Of a DNA stretch of 31,563 nt, positions 15,169 through 23,922 are shown piece after piece; position 1 is the first letter of the stretch; every line of letters begins with the position of its first letter. Made by a program: the position numbers and the translations under genes. Source of the DNA: Myxococcota bacterium (lineage in GTDB: Bacteria; Myxococcota_A; UBA9160; UBA4427); contig JAYZFK010000074.1 of NCBI GenBank assembly GCA_036336835.1, positions 1 to 31,563 of the forward strand, written 5' to 3'. Under the pieces are notes generated by a model. That model was not told where the DNA came from. It saw only the letters and a program-made list of their open reading frames with translations, and made no database searches.

Positions 15169-16326
15169 CTAGGCGGGGGCCTGGATGTCCTCGAGCGTCG
15201 GCCCGATCTTCTCGGCGATGCCCTTCATCTGCTCGGTGTCGAACGCGAAGACGTCGAGCGCGGTCTCGCCGAGCATTGCGCGCGTCTCGTTCTCGGCCAC
15301 CTCGCCGAAGGTGGCGCGCAGGGAGGGCATGGTGTTGGGCCAGGTGCCTTCGAGGTGCGGATAGTCGCTGCCCCACATCAGCCGATCGATGCCGATCTGG
15401 TGGCGCAGCGTACAGTCGGCCGGGGTCAGGAACGAGGCGCCGAGGAAGCACTGGCGCTCGAAGTACTCGCGCGGCCGCAGGCTCAGGTCCTTGTGGAAGT
15501 ACTTGAAGTACGGCGAGTCGAAGTGGCGCTCGTACATGCGCATGGTGTCGACGATCCAGCTCGTGCCCTGCTCGGTCATCACCATCTTCAGGTTCGGGTA
15601 GCGCTCGAAGACGCCGGCCCACAGGAAGCAGGTGAACGGCCGGTGCGCGTACCAGGACACCTCGCTGATGAACATCGCCGTCGCGGCCGGGACGTCGCCG
15701 TAGTCCGGGGTCCAGCCGGAGTGGGTGTGGACCGGCATCTCGAGCTCTTCGCAGGCCGCCCACAGCGGCTCGTAGCGCGGGTGGTGGTAGTACTCGTGGT
15801 CTCCGGTGCCCGCCGGGATCAGCACGCCGCCCCACAGCCCCAGCTCCTTGGCCGCGGTCACGTCCTGGATCGAGACGGCGATGTCGTCGACGTTGATCAG
15901 GGCGACGCCCGCGTGGCGACCCGGGTTGGCGTTGCACAGATCCGCCAGCCAGCGGTTGTAGGCGCGGGTGCCTTCGAGGTTCCAGTCGGGCTCGATCTCG
16001 CGGCGGTACTGCATCAGTCCGGCGCCGAAGGGCGCCATCTGCGGAAAGATGACCTCTCCGGCGACGCCGTCGGCGTCGAGCTCGCGCACGCGCGCAGCCG
16101 CGTCGTACTCGCCCTCGGCCTTGCCGTCGAGCACGGATTCGATGCGCTCGCGCTCCTCGGTCGAGTCCATATCGAAGAAGGTGCCGCGGCGCTCCTTCAT
16201 CTCGGCATCGGTGGCGGCCCACCAGGCGTCGAAGTGCTCGCGCAGGCGGGCGGGCAGGTACTCGCGGTAGGTGGCGGGTAGAGCGCCCGCGTGGCAGTCG
16301 GCGCTGATGATGAGGAGGTTCGACAT
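15169..16326 (-). CDS. Amidohydrolase family protein (amidohydro_2)
   Basis: IISADCHAG, DADGVAGEVIFP, AYNRWLAD, PVHTHSG, GVFERYPNLK..TEQG, MWGSDYPHLEGTWP. GGAG RBS. Confidence 0.92.
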   Translation of the reverse strand: MSNLLIISADCHAGALPATYREYLPARLREHFDAWWAATDAEMKERRGTFFDMDSTEERERIESVLDGKAEGEYDAAARVRELDADGVAGEVIFPQMAPFGAGLMQYRREIEPDWNLEGTRAYNRWLADLCNANPGRHAGVALINVDDIAVSIQDVTAAKELGLWGGVLIPAGTGDHEYYHHPRYEPLWAACEELEMPVHTHSGWTPDYGDVPAATAMFISEVSWYAHRPFTCFLWAGVFERYPNLKMVMTEQGTSWIVDTMRMYERHFDSPYFKYFHKDLSLRPREYFERQCFLGASFLTPADCTLRHQIGIDRLMWGSDYPHLEGTWPNTMPSLRATFGEVAENETRAMLGETALDVFAFDTEQMKGIAEKIGPTLEDIQAPA

Positions 16327-16397
16327 CGTTGTTCTCCTGGCTCGCGCCGGCCGGATAGAGGGGACGCGCGAGCCGTGTTGGGCGTGATCGAATCGGC

Positions 16398-17591
16398 TCA
16401 GTCGAACAGGCTCTGCTCGGGACCGATGCGGGCCACGAGCGGGGCGAGTTTCTCCGTATCCAGGTCGTAGAAGCGCGCGGCATTGCCGCCCAGAATGGCG
16501 GCGATCTCCGCCTCGGGGAGGCCGCGCAGCGCGGTCACCATCTCGTCGCGGGTGTCGGGCCAGCTGCCTTCGGGGTGCGGGTAGTCGCTGCCCCACATGA
16601 TGCACCGGGTGCCGATCTCTTCGCGCAGCTCGACTTCGCGGCGGGCGAGCACGGAGGCGCCGACCGCGACGCAATCGTGGAAGGTCTCGCTCGGAGAGCG
16701 CTTCAGGTGACTGGTGAAGTCGCCCATCTTGGCGTTCGCCCGGTGGGCGGTGAAGCGATGGTCGAGCAGCTTCAGGTACTCGGGCACCCAGATGCACGAG
16801 CCCTCGGTGATCGCGACGCGCAGCTCGGGATGGCGATCGAAGACGCCGCCCCAGATCATGAAGGTCAGCGGTCGCACCAGATAGAAGCAGACCTCCGATA
16901 CGTAGATGCCGACGGCTCCTTCGGCCAGCGTGCCGTCGGTGTTCATTGCGAAGTAGTCGTCGCGTGGCCCCGGTCCCGAGTGGAAGTGGACGACCATCTG
17001 GTTGTCGGTACAGGCCTGCCACAGCGGCTCGTAGTGGCGCGTGTGGTACGGCGGCAGCTTGCCCCACATCACTGGCAGCATCACGCCGCCCAGCCCGTTG
17101 GCACGCGCCCACTCCACCTCGCGCACGGCCTCGTCGATGTCCCAGACGGGAACCAGCGCGACACCGATCCGGCGCTCGGGCGCCATCTGGCACAGCTCGG
17201 CGAGCCAGCGGTTGTGCGACCGCGCGCCCGCCCACTGCAGCTCGGGGTCGGCGCCCTCGGTGGGGAGTCCGAGGCCGCCCTCGAAGGGCGGGCTGTTGAA
17301 CTCGGTGATGCCGTCGGGGAACACGATCTCTACCGCGATCCCGTCGGTGTCGAGCACCTCGATGCGCTTGTCGTGGTCCCAGGCGCCCGCGAGCAGCTCG
17401 CTGTTGTCGCGCTGCCAGCTCTCGTTGAACTCGTCGACCAGGAACAGCCGCGCCATCTCCTCGCGCTGGGCGATCTGGAGCGCGAGCTCCGTGTCGAAGC
17501 GCTCGCGATACTGCGGGTCGAGATACTCGCGGTAGCGCTCGGGCTGCAGGCCCGCGTGGCAGTCGGAAGACACGACGAGATGACGGGTCAT
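16398..17591 (-). CDS. Amidohydrolase family protein (amidohydro_2), paralog
   Basis: VVSSDCHAG, DTDGIAVEIVFPD, HNRWLAE, HFHSG, GVFDRHPELR..TEG, MWGSDYPHPEGSWP. Confidence 0.92.
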   Translation of the reverse strand: MTRHLVVSSDCHAGLQPERYREYLDPQYRERFDTELALQIAQREEMARLFLVDEFNESWQRDNSELLAGAWDHDKRIEVLDTDGIAVEIVFPDGITEFNSPPFEGGLGLPTEGADPELQWAGARSHNRWLAELCQMAPERRIGVALVPVWDIDEAVREVEWARANGLGGVMLPVMWGKLPPYHTRHYEPLWQACTDNQMVVHFHSGPGPRDDYFAMNTDGTLAEGAVGIYVSEVCFYLVRPLTFMIWGGVFDRHPELRVAITEGSCIWVPEYLKLLDHRFTAHRANAKMGDFTSHLKRSPSETFHDCVAVGASVLARREVELREEIGTRCIMWGSDYPHPEGSWPDTRDEMVTALRGLPEAEIAAILGGNAARFYDLDTEKLAPLVARIGPEQSLFD

Positions 17592-18229
17592 CAGATTTCC
17601 TCCCTGGTGTTTCGTCGGACATCGAGGCTCTGCGCGAGGAAGCGCGCCGTCGCGGCGGCCCGCTCGCGCACCGGGTAGTCGTCGAAGTGCACCCAGCTGA
17701 GCGACATCGCCGAGTAGGTGCTCGAGACCACGTCGGCCAGCACCTCGATCGGCACGTCGCCGCGCAGCCGGCCGTCCTCCCGGCAGCTGCGCAGGAAGAT
17801 CTCGAAGGCCGCGTGGAAGCGGCGGTCGCGGTCCTCGGGGGTGTCGGTGAAGGCGATCGACTGGACGCGGCCGACGATGTCGCGACGATGCTCGGTCACG
17901 GTCTCGATCTGCAGCGCGCCGCCCTCGAACAGCTCGATCAGCAGGTCCTCGATCGTGCCGGGGCGCTTGGCGAGATCTTCGAGCCGCTTGCCGACCCGCC
18001 CGACATAACGATCCGCGAGCGCGCGCAGCAGATCCTGTTTCGCCGGGAAGTGGTTGAAGAAGGTGCCGTAGGCGACGTCCGCGCTCTCGCAGATGGAGGC
18101 GACCTTGGTCGCTTCGTAGCCGTGCTCGTTGAAGAGCAGCTCGGCGGCTTCGAGGATCCGCTCGAAGAGCTCGAGCCGGCGCCGGTCGCGCCGCGTGGAG
18201 GCTGGGGCATGGAGGTCGGTCGGGGCCAC
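17591..18229 (-). CDS. TetR/AcrR family transcriptional regulator
   Basis: HTH region RILEAAELLFNEHGYEATKVASICESADVAYGTFFNHFPAKQDL; its stop overlaps the amidohydrolase start. Confidence 0.95.
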   Translation of the reverse strand: MAPTDLHAPASTRRDRRRLELFERILEAAELLFNEHGYEATKVASICESADVAYGTFFNHFPAKQDLLRALADRYVGRVGKRLEDLAKRPGTIEDLLIELFEGGALQIETVTEHRRDIVGRVQSIAFTDTPEDRDRRFHAAFEIFLRSCREDGRLRGDVPIEVLADVVSSTYSAMSLSWVHFDDYPVRERAAATARFLAQSLDVRRNTREEI

Positions 18230-18235
18230 GAACGC

Positions 18236-18264
18236 ATTATATTCGGGTCAGGGTTTGACTACAA
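18236..18264 (-). promoter_or_regulatory. Sigma70 promoter for tetR-amidohydrolase operon, with a candidate operator palindrome in the spacer
   Basis: Minus strand TTGTAG-N17-TATAAT, ending 6 nt before the GTG; GTCA-N5-TGAC at 18247-18259. Confidence 0.7.
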
Positions 18265-18292
18265 TCAGCTTCTGGTTCGCTCTGAGCGGCTC

Positions 18293-19720
18293 TCAGCGCT
18301 CGCGCAGTGCGGCCAGGTTCGCCGCGTGCCGCGACCGGGTGATCGTGTAGGCCGACAGCGCCAGGATCGCCAAGCCGTACAGGATCATCAGTGTCGGCGC
18401 GTAGACGAGCCCGAGGTTGCGGACGACCGCGGCGTCGAGCGCCCCGGGCTGGGCGCCGTCCGGAAAGCCGATCATCGTGAGCAGCGCGGTCGCCGTCACC
18501 ACCCCGAGGCCCGACAGCGACTTGCCGACGAAGCTCCGCGCCGCGAACAGCACGCCCTCCGAGCGGCGCCCGGTCGCCAGCTCGGTCTCCTCGACCACGT
18601 CGGCCATCATCGCCGACACCAGCGTGGTCGACATGATGAGGAGCGCGACCTCGACGATGTTGTAGAGGATCAGGAGCCCGAGCAGCTCGGTCGTGCCGTT
18701 GTCGGGCATCCAGCCCAGCAGGCGCGCGGCGTAGGGAACCGGTGAGAGCAGCAGGGCGACGACCGAGAGCCCGATCGCCGCGGCCTTCTTCCCGGTTCGC
18801 GCCGCAAGCCAGGGCGTGGCGGGCAGCGCGAACGCCGCCGACAGGAAGCCCGACGGGACCAGCAGACCGATCTGGTCGTTGCGCAGCTCCCAGAAGAACG
18901 TGTTCAGATAGATGCTCATCGCGCCGACCAGGCCGCCGGCCATGGCCGCAAAGATGCCGAAGCCGAACAGCGCGAAAAACGAGCGGCTCGCCAGCGTCTG
19001 GCGCAGCTCGCGCAGCGAGCTGACCAGCGACATGCGTCGTCGCGGCGGCGGCGCCTTCAGGTCCGGGATGTTGCGGTGGGTGCCGGCGGCCGAGAGCAGG
19101 ATCGCCAGCGCCATCATCGCCGCCGCCAAGGCGCCGTACGTCTCGTAGCCGCGCGGATTCAGCTGTCCGACCGGATACTCCGGGCTGGGCACCAGCAGGA
19201 ACAGATAGGCCAGCATCGAGACCAGGATGCCGCCCGCCCAGCCGAAGAAGTGGCGCGCGCTCGCCAGCGTCGTGCGCTCGTCGTAGTCCGCGGTCAGCTC
19301 GGGGGCCAGTGCGCTGCTCGGAACCTCGTAGAACGTGATCAGCGTTCGCACCGTGATCGCCATCCCCAGCAGGTACAGGAACAGCCCGCGCTCGGCGAGC
19401 GGCGGAGGGTTCCACAGCAGATAGAACGCGAGCGCGACCGGCAGCGCCGACGCATACATGAACGGATGGCGCCGACCCAGCCGCGAGTGCAGCCGGTCCG
19501 ACAGGTTGCCGACCACCGGGTCGGAGACGGCGTCCACCAGCAACGCGATGAAGATCGCGAGGCTCGCCATGCGCGCCGGCAGCCCCAGCACCTGGTTGTA
19601 GTAGAGCAGCAGGAAGAACGCGAAGCCGTTGTCCTTGACGCCGTACGCCACCGACCCGAAGCCGTAGAAGAACTTCGTGCCGAACCCGAGGCGGGCTTGC
19701 GAGGTCGGCGGGGCCGGGAT
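18293..19720 (-). CDS. MFS transporter, glycoside-pentoside-hexuronide (GPH) family; start uncertain
   Basis: TKFFYGFG, DAVSDPVVGNLSDRLHSRLGRRHPF, PELTADYDERT, MMADVVEE.ELATGRRSEG; about 12 TM. Confidence 0.9.
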   Translation of the reverse strand: MPAPPTSQARLGFGTKFFYGFGSVAYGVKDNGFAFFLLLYYNQVLGLPARMASLAIFIALLVDAVSDPVVGNLSDRLHSRLGRRHPFMYASALPVALAFYLLWNPPPLAERGLFLYLLGMAITVRTLITFYEVPSSALAPELTADYDERTTLASARHFFGWAGGILVSMLAYLFLLVPSPEYPVGQLNPRGYETYGALAAAMMALAILLSAAGTHRNIPDLKAPPPRRRMSLVSSLRELRQTLASRSFFALFGFGIFAAMAGGLVGAMSIYLNTFFWELRNDQIGLLVPSGFLSAAFALPATPWLAARTGKKAAAIGLSVVALLLSPVPYAARLLGWMPDNGTTELLGLLILYNIVEVALLIMSTTLVSAMMADVVEETELATGRRSEGVLFAARSFVGKSLSGLGVVTATALLTMIGFPDGAQPGALDAAVVRNLGLVYAPTLMILYGLAILALSAYTITRSRHAANLAALRER

Positions 19721-19724
19721 GGCG

Positions 19725-20807
19725 TCAGCTCGCGTAGGGCTCGAGCAGGATCCGGTTGGTGATCCGCTCGTCCGGCGTCTCGGTCGGTTCCATCTGGCCG
19801 TAGGCAATGGCGCGCATCGAGGTGCGAATCATCACGATGCCGAAGCGCAGCGCGGCGAAGGCGTAGTACCACTCGAAGTGCTCCACCTTGCGCCCGGACA
19901 GCTCCTGGTAGCTGGCGATCACCTCGTCGCGCTCGAGGAAACCGGGCAGTCCGGGCAGCCCGGCCCCTTCGGCCATGCGCTGGAAGAAGTCGTGCATCTC
20001 GACCATCCAGGCGAGATCGACTTCGGGCGCGCCGAGCGCCGCCATCTCCCAGTCGAACACGGCCACCGGCTCGAAATCGCGGTACATCACGTTGCCGATG
20101 CGCGAGTCGCCCCAGTTGAGCACCGGCGGCCTCGCGTCGTCCGGTCGGTTGGCTTCCAGCCAGTCGAAGGTCTTCTCGAGGACCGGGTACACCGTGCCCT
20201 CGCGCGCCCACTCGTAGTACTCGCGCTGGTAGGTGAGGTGCTGCTCGAGCGGCGTCGCGCCGTAGCGCGGGCGGTCGAGGAAGGCCGCCTTGCCGCCCGA
20301 CACGTCGATCCGGTGCAGGCTCGCGAGCAGCTCGATCGTCTTGCGCTGCAGCTGCGCACGCTGCTCGGCGCTCGCGTCGACCAGCCAGCCCGCGATCGGG
20401 TAGGGCGGCAGATCGGGGGGGACGAGCCCGTCGACGCGGTGCATCACGTAGAACGGATACTCGAGCACGCTCGCATCCGGCTCGTACCACGCCACCTCGG
20501 GCACGGGGACGTCGCTGTTCTCGCCGACCAGCCGCAGACAGTTGACCTGGAGCGAGAGGTCGTACTCCGGAAACGCCGGATAGTCGTCCATGTTGGGACT
20601 CATGCGTGCGACATAGCGGCCTTTGCGCGACGCGCCGCCTTCACTCCAGTCGGCGTCGAACAGGAAGGTCTCGCTCGACATGCCAGTGCCCTCGGGCACG
20701 TCGAGCTGCGAGATGCGGGGTGAGGCGTCGTCGGGCAGCTGTCGCGCGAGCCAGTCGTTCAGTCGGGTGCGCACCCATTCGCGATCGCGCTTCGAGGGCA
20801 GGGGCAT
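19725..20807 (-). CDS. Phosphotransferase family protein (APH/ACAD10-like kinase)
   Basis: GMSSET, VPVPEV, PFYVMHRVDG, LNWGDSRIGNVMY, AVFDWEMA. ATG with GGAG RBS. Confidence 0.9.
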   Translation of the reverse strand: MPLPSKRDREWVRTRLNDWLARQLPDDASPRISQLDVPEGTGMSSETFLFDADWSEGGASRKGRYVARMSPNMDDYPAFPEYDLSLQVNCLRLVGENSDVPVPEVAWYEPDASVLEYPFYVMHRVDGLVPPDLPPYPIAGWLVDASAEQRAQLQRKTIELLASLHRIDVSGGKAAFLDRPRYGATPLEQHLTYQREYYEWAREGTVYPVLEKTFDWLEANRPDDARPPVLNWGDSRIGNVMYRDFEPVAVFDWEMAALGAPEVDLAWMVEMHDFFQRMAEGAGLPGLPGFLERDEVIASYQELSGRKVEHFEWYYAFAALRFGIVMIRTSMRAIAYGQMEPTETPDERITNRILLEPYAS

Positions 20808-20908
20808 CGAGCGTCTCCAGCTGCTTGCGGGCAGCGGCCATCTTGCCCCAATCCGGTGGCACACGCTCGACGCCATTTCGGGTAGGCTGCGCGCCGCGGA
20901 GGGCGCTC

Positions 20909-21688
20909 GTGAGCAAGGCACTGGAGTCGTTCGACCTGGCGGGCAAGGTGTCGCTGGTGACGGGAGCCACCAAGGGGCTCGGCCGCGCCATGCTGCAGGG
21001 GCTGGCCGAGGCGGGCAGTGACGTCGTCGTGGTGAGCCGCAAGCCCGAGCTGTGCGACGAGGTGGCGCGAGAAGTCGAGGCGTCGACGGGGCGAAGCGCG
21101 ATGTCGGCGCCCTGCCACATGGGCGACTGGGATGGCATTGCCGATCTGGTCGACCGGGTGTACGAGCGGTTCGGCCGCGTCGACGTGTTGATCAACAACG
21201 CCGGGATCAACCCCGCCCCCACGCCGGTCTCCGCGATCTCGAGCGAGTACTTCGACAAGCTGATGGCGGTGAACGTGAAGGGCCCCGTTCGGCTCGCCGG
21301 CCTCGTTGCGCCGCGCATGGGCGAGGCGGGCGGCGGCAGCGTGATCAACGTGATCACCATCGGCGCCTACATCGGCGGGCCGAACGTGAGCGTCTACACC
21401 GCGGGCAAGGCCGCGCTGCTGAACTTCACCCGGGCGATGGCGGCCGAGTGGGCCGAGATGAACGTGCGCGTCAACGCGCTTGCGCCCGGCCCGTTCATGA
21501 CCGAGATGATGAGGGGCACCGCGAAGTACGACGACATGTTCATCACCCGTTCGGCGGAGGCGACGCTGATGAAGCGCATTGCCGAGCCCGAAGAGATCGT
21601 GCCCCTCGTGCTGTACCTGGCGAGCGCCGCGTCGTCCTACGTGACGGGCGAAGACTTCGCGGTCGGCGGCGGCATGCGTAGCAACTGA
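20909..21688 (+). CDS. Short-chain dehydrogenase/reductase
   Basis: TGATKGLG, NNAG, YTAGK, VRVNALAPGPF, YVTG. Confidence 0.93.
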   Translation: MSKALESFDLAGKVSLVTGATKGLGRAMLQGLAEAGSDVVVVSRKPELCDEVAREVEASTGRSAMSAPCHMGDWDGIADLVDRVYERFGRVDVLINNAGINPAPTPVSAISSEYFDKLMAVNVKGPVRLAGLVAPRMGEAGGGSVINVITIGAYIGGPNVSVYTAGKAALLNFTRAMAAEWAEMNVRVNALAPGPFMTEMMRGTAKYDDMFITRSAEATLMKRIAEPEEIVPLVLYLASAASSYVTGEDFAVGGGMRSN

Positions 21689-21712
21689 AACCACTTCGAG
21701 GAGAGAGACACC

Positions 21713-22513
21713 GTGCCGGACGCCATCGTCGAACGCGAAGGTCACCTGATGACCATCACGATGAACCGCCCCAAGCGCTACAACGCGCTGTCCGGCGAGA
21801 TGCTGATCCGCATGTACGACGCCTACGAAGAGGCGTCCAACGATCCCGAGGTGCGCTGCATCATCATCACGGGCGCCGAGGGCAACTTCTGCTCGGGCGC
21901 CGATCTGAAGGGCATGTCGGGCGATGCCGACAGCTCGGACCCCGAGATCGACGTCCAGGCGCGCATGAAGGAGGATCCGGGCATCGTCTACAAGGCGCTG
22001 TTCCGGCACTACCGCCCGACCAAGCCGATCATCGCCGCGGTCGAGGGGGTCGCGATCGCCGGCGGCACCGAGCTGCTGCAGGCAATGGAGATCCGCGTCG
22101 CTGGCGAGAGCGCGCGCTTCGGTGTCTCGGAGGCGCGCTGGTCGCTGTATCCGATGGGGGGCTCGGCCGTCCGTCTTCCCAAGCAGATCCCGTACACCCA
22201 GGCGGCCGAGATCCTGCTGACCGGCAAGCACATTACGGCGGCCGAAGCCAAGGAGATCGGATTGATCGGCCACGTCGTGCCCGACGGCGAGGCGCTGGCC
22301 AAGGCGCGCGAGATCGCCGACGTGATCTGCCAGAACGGTCCGCTCGCGGTGGCCGCGATCACCCGAACGCTGCACGAGTGCGACGGCATGGAGCTCGACG
22401 CGGCGCTGAAGCACGAGTGGGAGTACGGCAGTGCGATCTTCGGGAGCGAGGACGCCAAGGAGGGTCCGCTCGCCTTCGCCCAGAAGCGCAAGCCGGAGTT
22501 CAAGGGGCGTTAG
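21713..22513 (+). CDS. Enoyl-CoA hydratase (crotonase), resembling mycobacterial EchA19
   Basis: [79 protein letters not shown]. The EchA19 resemblance is from recall. Confidence 0.9.
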   Translation: MPDAIVEREGHLMTITMNRPKRYNALSGEMLIRMYDAYEEASNDPEVRCIIITGAEGNFCSGADLKGMSGDADSSDPEIDVQARMKEDPGIVYKALFRHYRPTKPIIAAVEGVAIAGGTELLQAMEIRVAGESARFGVSEARWSLYPMGGSAVRLPKQIPYTQAAEILLTGKHITAAEAKEIGLIGHVVPDGEALAKAREIADVICQNGPLAVAAITRTLHECDGMELDAALKHEWEYGSAIFGSEDAKEGPLAFAQKRKPEFKGR

Positions 22514-22532
22514 CCCGCTGGAGCCTGAATCA

Positions 22533-23240
22533 GTGGAGAAGGTCGTCTACCTGCTGTGGAGGCCCGAGGGCGTCGAGTCCGACGCCTTTCGCGATCGCCT
22601 GGTCGACGATCTGTCGCAGGAGCTCCACCGCGCCGGGGTGTGCGGGCTGGCGATCTCGGTGGCCGACAGCGCCGTCGCCGCGGGCGACAAGCTGCGGATC
22701 GCCGGGGCCGAGCCGCACAAGGACGCGCTCGTGAGCTTCTGGCTCGAGCAGAGCCAGGACGTGGCCGACTGCGAGGGCCGGATCGCGGCGGCGAGCGCAC
22801 GCATCGCGGGCTACCTGGTGGTCGAGTCGCGCCCGATCGTCAACCGCGAGCAGCGCGCGCCGCTCGGAGAGCGCACGCCCGGCTTCAGCCTGTGCACGGC
22901 GATCGCCAAGCGCGGCGATCTCGAGCGGAGTCGCTTCATCGAGCTCTGGTACGACGTGCACCGAGCCGTCGCCATCGAGACCCAGAGCACCTTCTCCTAT
23001 GTGCGCAACGAGATCGTGCGGCCGCTGACCGACGGCGCGCCCGCCTGGGATGCGATCGTCGAGGAGGGCTTCCCGATCGATGCGCTCGACGAGCCCGAGG
23101 TGTTCTACGACGCCCGCGGCGATCTCGCGCGGCTCCAGACCCACCTGGATCGGATGATGGCCAGCTGCGACGCGTTCATCGACCGCTCGCGCGTGTCGTC
23201 CCATCCAATGAGTCAGTACACGTTCGAAGACCTGCGATAG
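22533..23240 (+). CDS. EthD-like dimeric alpha+beta barrel protein
   Basis: FIELWYDVHRAVAIETQSTFSYVRNEIVRPLT, WDAIVEEGFP. GTG start after GGAG. Confidence 0.7.
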   Translation: MEKVVYLLWRPEGVESDAFRDRLVDDLSQELHRAGVCGLAISVADSAVAAGDKLRIAGAEPHKDALVSFWLEQSQDVADCEGRIAAASARIAGYLVVESRPIVNREQRAPLGERTPGFSLCTAIAKRGDLERSRFIELWYDVHRAVAIETQSTFSYVRNEIVRPLTDGAPAWDAIVEEGFPIDALDEPEVFYDARGDLARLQTHLDRMMASCDAFIDRSRVSSHPMSQYTFEDLR

Positions 23241-23269
23241 ATCGCCGAGACCCAACAGGAGGCCGACCC

Positions 23270-23833
23270 GTGAAGATCGATCCGAACAACACCTGGCGCA
23301 AGGTCGAAGAGCGGCTGGCGCGCGAGACCAATCCGAAGATCCGGCAGAATCTCGAGGTCGTGCTGCGGCACATGAAGGCCGAGGCGCTCGGCGATCTCGA
23401 CGGCCTGCTCGAAACGATCTCGCCCGTCGACACCAGCTACGACGCCTACGGCAGCGACGATCCGGTCTACAGCCCGAAGTCCAAGTCCGACGTGCGCAAG
23501 TTCTACCAGGCGTTCATCGCCTCGGGCGCGACCCGGCTCGAGTTGGACGTCGACCGGCTGGTCGCCGACGAGGACTGCGTGCTCACCGAGGGCGTGATGA
23601 AGATGGCCTACCCGGGCGCGACGCTGATCGCGATGGGCCACGCGGTCGACGATCCCGACGCCTACTACCTGTACGAGACGCGGATGGCGACGCTCTGGCC
23701 GTTCGGCGAGGACGGGCTGGCCAAGGGCGAGGACACCTACACGGGATGGGACGGCTTTGCCGGGATCGCCGACCGCAAGCTCGCCCCCGAGGATCTCGGC
23801 GAGCTCGACCAGGCCGCACTGAAGGCGTCCTGA
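23270..23833 (+). CDS. SnoaL-like / NTF2-family protein
   Basis: HMKAEALGDLDGLLETI, VRKFY, DRLVADEDCVLTEG, LWPF..DG.AKGEDTY. AGGAGG RBS. Confidence 0.75.
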   Translation: MKIDPNNTWRKVEERLARETNPKIRQNLEVVLRHMKAEALGDLDGLLETISPVDTSYDAYGSDDPVYSPKSKSDVRKFYQAFIASGATRLELDVDRLVADEDCVLTEGVMKMAYPGATLIAMGHAVDDPDAYYLYETRMATLWPFGEDGLAKGEDTYTGWDGFAGIADRKLAPEDLGELDQAALKAS

Positions 23834-23860
23834 TCTCGTAAGTGCCCGACGAACCAGGGC

Positions 23861-23890
23861 TGTCAACCAGTGACTCTCGACCGGTTGACG
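23861..23890. promoter_or_regulatory. BirA-type biotin operator
   Basis: TGTCAACC-N14-GGTTGACG directly upstream of bioF, matching the BirA pattern TGT(A/C)AACC-N14-16-GGTT(T/G)ACA. Confidence 0.85.
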
Positions 23891-23922
23891 GCCTTGCGCC
23901 CCTCGCCGAAGCTGGCGCCGCG

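Noticed and set aside
13055..16483. 1142-aa minus-strand ORF and other long Arg/Ala/Pro-rich ORFs (e.g. 5810-8260, 5889-8087, 20759-22414, 30077-31558)
   Set aside because: Stop-poor alternative frames typical of high-GC DNA; they overlap well-supported genes and show no motifs.
15169..17622. 817-aa ORF suggesting a fused double amidohydrolase
   Set aside because: The upstream part is off-frame to the 16398-17591 gene, which has its own stop; the second gene has its own RBS and ATG at 16326.
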